A stretch of DNA of 64,000 bases from Balanoglossus misakiensis (lineage: Eukaryota; Animalia; Hemichordata), in the NCBI GenBank assembly GCA_040954595.2, contig CM082582.2, positions 13,304,327 to 13,368,326 of the forward strand, read 5' to 3'. The translations under genes and the position numbers were made by a program. Below, one piece after another: positions 39,871-51,800 of the stretch. The notes beneath the pieces were generated by a model, which worked only from the letters and a program-made list of their open reading frames with translations, had not been told where the DNA came from and did no database searches. Within the stretch, counting starts at the first letter, position 1. Every line of letters starts with the position of its first letter.

Positions 39871-42800
39871 CGGACTCTCCGTGCGCAATGGGTCCATGTT
39901 TCAACGGCGGTGCTTGTGACGACGGCGAGGGAACCCTTGATACGTTCTCCTGCGATTGCACGGGAACAGGTTACGACGGGACGCAGTGCACCGACGATCT
40001 GGATGAGTGTTCACTAGGAACTGATGATTGCCACGCCTCGCGGGCAACTTGTACTAACCTTCCTGGAACCTTCAGCTGCGAGTGCATCGCTGGATACACC
40101 GGAGATGGTGTCACCTGCAGTGGTAAGTTCGACTATTAAAGACCATCAAGTCATCCATATTGACTGTCAAACGAATACTATTATACACAATTATTAGAAT
40201 TGACCCAAACGATGAAAAACGCTCAACTGAAGATATCAGGAGGTTTATGGCATGATTAGGAGAATCAGGAATCCATACCGTCAAGTCGTTGAATTGCCAT
40301 GGCTTTTGGGGTGTAAAACTCATGTTGTTGCATCACTTCTTGTAAATGCAATAGATCTGGACGAATGTACTGATGGAGACGACGACTGCGAAGCTCTTGC
40401 GACGTGTTCCAACACGGTGGGTTCCTTTACATGTACTTGCAGCGATGGGTACAGCGGCGATGGTAGGACGAGCGGGACTGGATGCTCAGGTCAGTAGAAA
40501 AGAGTTTGCATGGTTTTGTGTTTTTATTGAAGCCAAAAAGACAGCTAACCCAGTCGAAACTTCTGAATTGTGAATGTTGTTTATTTTTAAGAGTTTACAG
40601 TCTCGTTGTAACACGTGTTTTCCCCCGTAGACGTCGACGAATGCTCGCTCGGCACTGACACATGTGATGCAGCAAAAGCGACCTGCTCCAATACGGTGGG
40701 TTCTTTTGCTTGTACCTGTAAAGCTGGTTACCAAGACGATGACGGCGATAATGATTGTGAGGGTGAGTGGGAACGTTTAATATGACTATCTGGTAGGCCA
40801 ACATCAAAAATCTGTCAAAATACATTTTCTACAACATTTCTGTTTCTCGCTAACATAAAATTTCCGTTTCGTTTCGTTGTCGGCGGTGGCGCCCCTGGTC
40901 TTTACAGACGTGGACGAATGCACAGACGGAAGTGACGACTGCGAAGCCTTAGCAACGTGCTCCAACACGGAAGGATCCTTCACATGTGCATGCAACACTG
41001 GCTACAGTGGCGATGGTACGACAGGCGGAACAGGATGTTCAGGTTAGATAATGTCCAGTCAGGAATTAACTGTTTGATTTAGCTGAAGGAAAAGGCTGTG
41101 CTGTCAGACACTTTGGTTTGTCGAAGTAGTTAATAATATTTGATGCATAAAAATCAAAATGAGTATCCATTACAGTGACTTGATTTCTCTGTTCTGATGT
41201 ATGATTTCTAAAAAATAATATGACCTTCCAAGAGGCATAATGTCTTTGGCGTGTATTGGTGACTAGTATTCACCACAAAGGTAACATTTAATTTATTTTT
41301 TCCCCTTTAGATGTTGATGAATGCTCATTGGGCACGGACACTTGTTCTGCGGCAACTTCGACGTGTTCCAACACCGTGGGTTCTTTCACATGTAACTGCA
41401 AGGCAGGTTTCAATGATGATGATGGCGATAACGACTGCGACGGTAAGTATCAGACTTTAATTGCGGTTAATTGCCATTGATGACTTTCATCTCTCTCTCT
41501 CTTTCCCCCCTCTATCTCCTCAGTACAAGACTTTCATAAGCGTCTGTTGAAAACCCATACAAAGGTTCATTTCCTCTCCACAGATACAAATGAATGTTCG
41601 GCGGGCACTGATAATTGTGACGACACCCTCGGAGTTTGCACGAATAACTTCGGATCGTTTTCTTGTTCATGCATCGTTGGATACAGCGGTGATGGCATCA
41701 GTTCGTGCACAGGTGAGAGCAAAGATCTTTCAGTCAAGTAACCGATTTACAATGGTTGATTGATGACGTTCAAAGGTGTTAGGATTTTGTGGTAATGTTC
41801 ATTTCTTGTTGTTGATTTTGTTTACAGATGTTGATGAATGTACAACGGGAACAGATTCATGCAACGCCGCCATATCAACGTGTAGCAACACCCAGGGATC
41901 TTACACATGTACCTGTGATGCTGGTTACCAAGATGATGATTCCAATAATGTCTGTGAAGGTACAGAATGATTGTCCTCAGATTTTGAAAGATCTGTGCAG
42001 AATCTTAACAAACTGTCAGGATCCATTTGTTTCCAATGTCTTTGTCTGTGTCTTTGTCAGTGATGTAGTGATTGATACCTGTCATGGAATCGCACCACAC
42101 TTGGATGGCAAGTGCTCTGTTAAAATGAGAAAAACAGTTTTCCAATCTTCTTGCTTCCCTCCACTATGTGTACAGATGAGGATGAGTGTACAGACGGCAG
42201 TGATAACTGCCACTCCACTTTGGGTGCATGCACGAATACTGAGGGCTCTTTCACATGTGCTTGCCTAACTGGATACGAAGGTGACGGCATCAGTTTCTGC
42301 TCAGGTGAGTCGACTTATTTAAACTTCAAGTAAATAGAGGTATTTGATGATGGTGGTGGTGGTGGTGATGAAACATCAGTTCTGATTTGACTAAATATGT
42401 GGTTAACATCATGCTTTGCAGATATAGATGAATGCAGTGCAGGTCATGATTGCCATGCTACCTATGGAATTTGTTCAAACACTGCTGGATCTTACACGTG
42501 CGCTTGTAAAAATGGGTTTGCCGGTAATGGATTCACATGTGCTGGTGAGTAACTCAAACAAAAAGTATCTTCTATGGGTGTAAAAAATTACAGGAGTTAC
42601 TGTGGATAATCACATCATTATACAATATTTTAACAAAAGAACATCTTTTTTGATGCACACATGTGAATAATTATTTTATTTTCCATCTCTAGAAATCAAC
42701 GAATGTACTGGCGTAACATGTTCATTTCGTGGCACATGCATTGATAAGGTTGGAGAATACGATTGCCAATGTGAATATGGTTACTGGGGTAATGACTGTG

Positions 42801-45800
42801 AATACAGTAAGTACCGGTACATTGAGACCATCTTTAAAATCTTCAGCTATCAATTGGCCTCCCTCAGTATTATTCCTTCCAGTATATCACATTACTTCTT
42901 TCTATAGTGTATTAAATGTTAAGAATTGCTGTATGATCTAAACGATAAATGACAACAAGCATATACTTTACTTCATCCCCTAACGAACAGGCTTTTTCTA
43001 CGTAAACACTGTTTTGATGACTGCCGGATCTCTGTATTGGCCCTTTGACAACTTGACCAGTTCCGACACCTACATGGACAGTCAACTGGGAACCCCAGGA
43101 CAGGCCGGGAACACCGTTCCCAATGACTACGGAATCTGTGGAATGTCGGTATTGCTGCAGGAGAATGGAACGACAGACTGCATTGATTTTGGAGACTTCG
43201 GGTCCAACTGTATTAGTGAGCCTGGTCTTTGCACTAATGGGTTGTCAGCTTCCATCTGGGTCCGATTTACCGACGATCAAATCAAAGAATCTGACTCCAA
43301 ATACATATTTAGTTCAGGTAGGAATATCCTGCATGCAGGTTCTGTTTAATATCACATTTGATGTTGTATATAATATCAGGTGCGGAGAAAAATCTTACGA
43401 ACTGAACAATAAGATTGTAAGACAGTAAACAAGTGCATAACAAGTGTCATCTTGAGCTCTCCATTGGGCAGTTGATTGGTACCAGCATAGAATCTCTCTC
43501 TCCAGTCTGCAGTAACAGGGATCTTCTTAGTCAAAGTTTTCCATGTCATTTCTGTATTAACCTGATATTTTGTACACCACCAGGGCCTCCTGACTCCACA
43601 GGTTTTGCACTTTACAAAGAACCCAACAAATTCTTCGTTGTCGTCAATAACGGGACTTACAACTGGGAAGTCAGAGTGCAGAACCAGTTACCGGCTGATT
43701 TGTGGAAAAATATTGGTTTTTCTTGGCATTGGCAACACGGTTTGGATGTAAGTCAAATAAAATATATCCCAGACAAATATGTTCATTAGCTGTAGCCTTT
43801 TCGGCATTGAAGAACGTGTCTCTTGTTCTGTTCAGTGATTGATTTCAGAGAAGTTCCTAGTCTCGGGAAAGTGTTGGAAATGCTCTCGGTTATGTCAACT
43901 GATAAATGAGTGGATATTTTGTGTCACACTTACCCAAGTTCCAAAATGTTAATTGTATGAATCATATGTTTTATGTACTACAGGTTGCCGTAGACCAGAA
44001 TAGCGTAGGCACTGACCCGACCGGAACAGCGTCAATGCTGCCAGATGTTGTTGACAAACTCACAGTAGGATGTCGCTATGACAGCGCAGCTTTAACTGAT
44101 CATGTCTCTGGATTGATTGATGAGTTTGCTGTTTGGCCCTTGTTCACCAATTCCACTGATTATGTCAAGCTGCTTGGTGGTTTAGGTTAGTGTCGATATT
44201 GATTGGCTCCACTATGTTACGTGTTCATGTTGCCAATGCCAATTAATCCAAAGCTTATATAATATATGAATTTCTTTCCATTTCTGTTTTATTCTCTCGT
44301 AGATATTGATGACTGTGTTACGGAGCCATGCGAATACGGTTTGTGTCGGGATGTTGGCATGGCAGCCTACGAGTGTGACTGTTTAGATGGCTACAATGGG
44401 ACAAACTGTGAAATCGGTGAGTAGACAGTTATAGTGCTATGGTCTTCAGATTGCTGTGTGGTGGGGGTGGCACATCTGGAGCAGGGTTTCTTCACTCTTT
44501 TTGCAAATTGTGATGTACCTTAATTTTGCATTTCAAACACTTATTTTATCATGTTTTGTATTGCATGTGTGTTTTGGTAAAATCATACGAATTTTGGAAT
44601 GTTATCAATATTTTTTCTTAAAATCTGCACACTATTTTTATTGCCAGAAATTGATGAATGTGCATCGAACCCGTGCCAAAATGGTGGCACATGTTCTGAC
44701 CTGATTGCCATGTTTAGTTGCGAGTGTGCCTTTGGATTCACGGGAGACTTTTGTCATCTGGGTAAGTAAACTACATCAATCACAGAGAATCTGTGGAGCT
44801 ACTTAAATTCTATCGTCGTACAACTTCTAACAATTGTGCTGCCAATAAAATAACAAACTTTCCTATTTTCACCCTTCAGATCTGACTCCCAATTATGATT
44901 TCTCCCAAGTAGTGGATTTGAGTCCTGAGTATCTGAGTAAGTAAGACGTACCGGTAGTGAGGAGAATTCCCTCACTCGGCCACCTTTAATTATTCTGTGT
45001 GAAGTCATATCTTTGAAAACTACATACTCTGTTACCAAAAATCTAATAATTATTTGTCACTGATGTACATTTGTATCTCATCCCTGTTAACAGGCACAAC
45101 TCCAGAAACAAACCCATACTACATCCTTGCGCCGTACATCTGGCAGTTAAACACTGGAAGTGGTGCTCTCTCCATCACCGGCTCCAATTTCACTGTAGTG
45201 ATGGGCCGTGCAAATGTCGGAATGTATGTACAGATTGGAGCAGATGACACATGGGTTGACCTGGGAGACTTCACTGATCACTGCATCGGTCTTCCCAGGG
45301 AATGTGTAGATGGCATAAGTGTGTCTGTCTGGATTAAAATTGATTCTCGAGTCAAGGACAACGCACCAGTGTTCTTGTTGTATTCTGGTGCTGAAAACCA
45401 AGGTGGACGTGTGGGATTGGCCATCATGGTCACCAATGAAAATGCATTGCTATTACAAGGTAGGAAATCACTATCCTCATCCAATCCATCTATCCATCTA
45501 TTTATCTGCCCATCCTGGACTCTCTGTCAACATCTGTCTGTTGGTTAGAGCCTTCTATAGTTTTAACTCACAGAGAAACTTAAATACAATCTATTTTTCA
45601 GTTGTTGATGGATGGAATGAAGTTAAAAGTGCTTCAATCCCAGAATCGTCTGTGCCGTGGGACCACTGGGCCAATGTGGCATTCAACTGGGATGTGACAG
45701 ATGGCACACAAGCCTTCATCAATGGCCGACTTGTGGCAGATGCAGTCACTGTGACTGAACCGAGTGGAGACTACAATTCAGACAACCTGTTGACTCTTGG

Positions 45801-48800
45801 CACTCAGTACAGCTCTCTGGACAGTGGCTATCCTGTTGCATACAGCGACTTGGTCATGTGGAACAGACGATTAAAAGACTTTGAGGCTCACAGATTTCTT
45901 GGAATGACAAGTAAGTTAACTCAATTCTTTTAGCGTGTGGGTCATGTGTTCTTTGTTTCTTAAAGACATTTCCTTTTTAATGTGACACTGACTTTCCATT
46001 TTTGCTCAGGGCGCGAGTACACTTTGCTCACAAATGCGGACTACTACTGGACCACTGACGCATGGGTCAGGAGAGACCACCTGACTGTTTCCGAATATGA
46101 TGCATTCTACAACAACACGGCTGGTGATTTAAACCTTCCTGGAGATGGTGCTGTTCTGCTTATGCCGGGACGAGACACAAAGGGAAATGCTCTGCTCATC
46201 CTTGGCTGTTGTGATCAGTGGATTTACATGGGTAAGACCATGCAGGATTGTTTATGTCACTCAGAGTGCACAAATAGTTTTCCTTGTAATGTGGACATTT
46301 CTTCACTTTTCTTTCACATCACTTTGGTAGCTTTACGCTTTAAGTTTACACCATCCTCCCATTTTCTGTCAATTCCCACAGGTAACTTTGCCGACAGATG
46401 TGTCAGTAACCCAGCCCTTTGCACCAATGGACTCTCTGTGTCACTGTGGGTTCAGTTATCACAAATCCAAGACAATACCACTCACTTCCTCATCAGTTCA
46501 GGCGAACAGGTCACCATGGGTTTCTCCATCTACCAAAGAGGAGACTACGAGACCGGCAACAAACTGGGAGCCGCACTCACTGATGGCAACTATCGATGGG
46601 TACTGGAGATCCCTTACCAGCCGTATGTCACTGAAGCCAACACTACAGAAGGATACTTTGGTAGGTTTGAAATGACTGTTTTAAATATTCATTCATTAAA
46701 TTGAAAAGGTGAACACAAGCATCCAAAATATAATGGTCGATGAACACATAAAACATTTTTTTGCCTATACCTATTCCGTCTCTCAACAGAATTTTCAGAA
46801 TGGGTCAATCTTGGCCTAACATGGTCTGAGCATCGCGGCTTGCACCTGTACATTGATGGCATACAGTACGCTGCCGATTTTACTGGTTATCGAAAGATCA
46901 GACCCGATGACTTCCAGACGAGATTAATCTTGGGACGGAGAAACGACTTCTTGGACAATGACTCCAATTTCACCTTCGAAGAATTCGCTGTCTTTGAAAG
47001 CGAGTTGAAGCCTTACGAGTTGAGGGAACTGTTCGGTCTAAGAGGTAAGGTGTTGGCAAGTTTAACCATTTAATTACTCTTGTATGTTAAAAGCACTAAC
47101 TGATTCCAGCATCATTATCAAGACTGAGCTACGATCATTGAGTGTCAAAGTCAAATAGATGGGGATTGTGTCTACACATACCTAAGACAGTATTTTTGTG
47201 CCAATGCAGTATAATGCCAAAATGTTCGTCTGACAGATAACATGAATTACAAGGATGCAGCTTATTACTGGGACACACATGGACTCATCACAAGCGACTA
47301 TTTCATTCTGGCTGACAACACCCCAGATCCATCCATGGGATACATTGGACCCAATGAATATGTTGAAGTGGTCGACGATGATATCATTGAACTGGTCGAT
47401 CAGCAGTCTGCCATCATTCTCGGTAAGCTGGGACACAAACAAACACTGTTGCCATGTAACACCTGCTCTGATAGTTGACATTTCATGAAAAGGTTTGATC
47501 TAGTCTCTACAGATATAACAACTGTGCATTTTCTTTGAATTTGCTAATTTTAGGTAATTTCACTGGCGAGTGTATAAGTGATCCATCGTACTGTGATGCT
47601 GGTCTGACTGTAGCTTTCTGGATCAATTATGCATACACAACAAGTGGTACAGCCTACTTGCTGAGGTGAGTTTTTCTTTAAAATATTAAGCTCACGCCTA
47701 TCTCACATGTGTCCTGCAAATGGTAAAAACAGCTTATAGAATGCGTTGATCGACTTCATTGGGAACAATTTTGGCAGAGATTCTGGTCAGGAAATGAACG
47801 TTACAAACACAAACACAAATAAATGATTTTATTTAACGAATTTCAGTTCTGGGGCCCAGGCGAATTCAAGAGGATTTGCAGTGTTCAAGCAGTCTTCAAT
47901 CTTGAAGTTCATGATCAACGACGGGACAGAAAAGACAAATGCATTGTATGATATCAATGTAAGTGCTGCGCTCTCAGCAATTTAATGAATGTAACAGAAC
48001 TATTTGTTTTCTCTTTCTTAGCATGTATGAGAAAGGCCTTTACTGTTGTCAGTATAGATTTTGTATTGAACTTTCGCCAACTTTTGACATTGTTTGGTCA
48101 TTACCTCTGTTGGCTTCATGAGCACTATTCGATCCCATAATATCAACTTTTGTAATAAAAATTGTCCTCTTTCAGGATATTCCCAATGGTGAATGGTGCA
48201 ACCTAGCCTTCACGTGGCATAAACACGTGGGTTTCAAAGCATTCCTGAATGGCGATGAATTGACCCCATCGTCCTTGGCAACCCTCTCCAGCTCGTCAAC
48301 GGACGACCACACTTTACTTACTCTTGGTCGTCGAAATGATGCTGAGAATCAGTACGCTGATTTCAAGATTCACAATTTGGTGATTTGGCATGAGTACACA
48401 TACAGCAGACAGATCTACAGATTGCTTGGAATATCAGGTTAGATATTTTTCCCCAAGTTATTGATCTCCTGTATACCATGATTTATTTAAGTTCAGGTCT
48501 TTTAAGTACATTGTCAGCTTCAGTCCTAGAAGTTATCATGACTCTGATATTTAAAACTAATTAATGGTTGCTTTTTAATTTCACTTTTCATATAGAAATT
48601 GAAAAACACCATTACGACATTGCCGACTATTTGTGGACGTTTGAAACTCCGACAAGCCTTGCCTATCCAACAACTTACAGCTCAACTGGCATTTCATATA
48701 CAACTGATAGACACAGCATTGGAAAGGCAGTCTGTACTGATGGCTCTACGGCCTACATGCAGTTTGGTCACATCCAGTGTCTCTCGGACCCTTCAACATG

Positions 48801-51800
48801 CAGCAATGGTTTTGCCACTGCTTTGTGGTTGAAACTGAAAGATATTCCAAGTGGTCAAGGTTATTTGATTAGTGTTGGTGCACAGGAAGAAGGTAACACT
48901 TGCAGTGTTGTCACACATTTTACTTTTACTTGATTGTGGGTTGTTTTTGTCATGCTCTTAGTGCATACTTGTATCTAAATATGATGAAATCATTCCCTCT
49001 CTCTGATAGATGAAAAGGGCTTTGTGGTCACCCAAAGGCCTTCGTCAATTGAAGTGACAGTTGGTGATGGCTCAAGACAGTGGCGTGTTGAAATCAGACA
49101 GGAAATATACTCGTTCAAGTTCTGGCAGTATTTTGCGTTCATTTGGTCCTCAAGTGATGGCTTGACTGTCAGTATCAACGGCACTGTCATCGAAAGTGAT
49201 GTAAGTATACAGAAACTGTCAGCAAACATCCTTCTGCCAATGTAAAGGACACTCATGAACAGCTGATTCCAAACGTTAATACTGAAAGTCGTTTTCAATT
49301 TCTATTCATAGGATGTTGGTGTTAGAAACAGAGACCGCACAAACAATCGCTACAAAAAACTGACACTTGGACGTTCAAACTCTGCTGGAGAAGGCTTCAT
49401 TCTAGCCTGTTATGATGATGTCATCGTCATAGTGCCCGAAGCAGACGAACAACTGCCAGAAGCGAGCGATCTCTATGGTGATCCAGGTAACATTAACAAT
49501 TTTCATGTTTTTATTAAACTAATTAGTAACCTATCATTTTACTCACAGATGACGTGAAAATATTTCTTTTTTATCAAAGACTTTGAATCTCTTGCGTGTT
49601 TTTGCATCTGGATGTAAATTTTTGTTTTTCCTCACAGAATGCACAGGTTATCCAACAGCCCATGGACTGTACAACGTCACAGATGATAACATATATGTCA
49701 CAACAGTCCAAACTCAACTCTACAAAGACAGAAACAAGATAGAGGGAGCCACGGTTGAAACCATGGATAACAGTGGACAGAATGGCTACATCGCCATTTC
49801 ATTTGGTGAGATATGAAAAAGTATTCAGAATTTAGACATAAATTACAGTATGTTTCGACAGTGGTATTTTAAATGTTAAATCATTGTGGTATTTTGTCCT
49901 CACTGTTTTCTTCAATTTCTGCTTTTACAGGGAATGTGACAGAGACATGTTTAAACAGCCCAGACATGTGTACAAATGGCATAACCATGTCATTCTGGAT
50001 GAAGCCTTTGTCATTCGCAAACCTGGCTGATTCAAACACCAACCCTGATGGCTATGGGTATATTCTTAGGTAATTATTGAAGGCAGAGTGACTTTCGCTT
50101 TTTCAAGTGGTGGGTGTCACCACAAGCTGTTTTATCACTTGTTTAAATTTGCGTAGAAAGGAGATTTTCACAATTTTTATCAGGTGTTAAGTTATTGTTC
50201 AGGATTAAATCATGACTGCTTTTCCAACCTTCAGCTCTGGACCAGTTGGAGATAAAGGATTCACATTAAAGGCAACTCGAAAAACACTGAATTTCATCGT
50301 CAATGATGGACAAACTGAGTGGGATGCGTCCATGCCGACAATGCGTCTGTCCAGGGATTGGACAAACATCGCTCTGTCGTGGAGTCAGCAACTTGGACCA
50401 AGAATATTGATCAATGGCCTCGAACCTTGTAAGTACCACACAGCCAATATTCTCCTTCTCTGGTAGAATATCTGGACAAAGGTATCATGTAGGCCTGATG
50501 CAGGTATATGATTTGCTGGCACTTTGAGTGACATTGCAGACATCAGGCAACAAATTCAGTTGAGTAGCTTCCTGCACACAACCTGCTATGATTCTCCCAC
50601 TTAACAATCACTTTGGATTTTCACGACAGATACAACCATTAACACCACCAGCCTGTCCACAACATCGGCACCACATTCGTTCAATGAACTGCATCTTGGG
50701 AAACGCAATGATGACAACAGTGGCTACTTTTATGCTGCGTATGATGACTTGGCAGTTTGGTACAAAGTGCTGGAGTTCTCTGATCCCAATGTGGTGAAGA
50801 TTGTGTATGGAGAAGATTGCCATGAAGTTTGTAAGTGTGAATAAGAATCTTGTGCAATTTCTGTTTCTGTGAAAAATATATTATTGTCCTTCTGTGTGTG
50901 TATTTCTAACCTAATGGAAACGGCATAAATCTGTGCAAATCAATCACAAACTATACAAGTATTTTGTTTGTTTGTTCTCAGTGATTACAACAAATCATGC
51001 TGAACTGGACGCTCTCTCAGTCTGGACTGGTACCATTGAATGCGACAATGACCATGCAGCGGGATGTTCAAGGGATCTCGATGAACTCTATGAAATGGTA
51101 AGTAATTATGTGGTGAAAACGGTATCATGTCTTTGGTCAAGCACTGAGTTGATGGTCAGTGGTAGGTCTTTCACTAGTACCTGTAACTGGTATGTCATCA
51201 TGTGGTGGAGGTATGCTACAGTTTATATTACTGGCCTAATTTTGTGAATCTCATTTGGTATTTTCTCTCAGGGAAGAATGAATAAATTCTTGTTATCTTT
51301 CTTTCACCCAGATAACTACAGATGATGTTCTCTCTGAGACTGCCTATGCCATAGTTATTGCCAAGTTGAACAACTATGTGCAACCAAGGACATACATGAC
51401 CTTAGATGAATTAGAAGTCTCTACAGAAATTCTCCATAAATTGTTGCATCATACGCTTCCGAGCAAAATAAATGAGACAGCTGCAGAAGATGATTTGAAG
51501 GTGAGTTTAATGTCACCTGGAATAAAATCACAATTTGTCACTTGTTTCTCTTTTGTTGTCTCCTGTGCTTAATTATAAACGATAAAAAGTGGGCATCCCA
51601 GCGTCCACACATGCTACTATGAAATACTAAAAGTTCCATATTACTCACAAAAGAAACCAACTGATTGTATATTTTGTTATATTTGCAGGTTGTTCTCGGT
51701 CTCACCAGCAATCTGTTAGAAAGTCACCGGAGTGGAAAGTGGAAATCAGTCCACCAGGTAAGTCTACTATTTTGGAAAAAAACAGACAATTCATCTTGCC

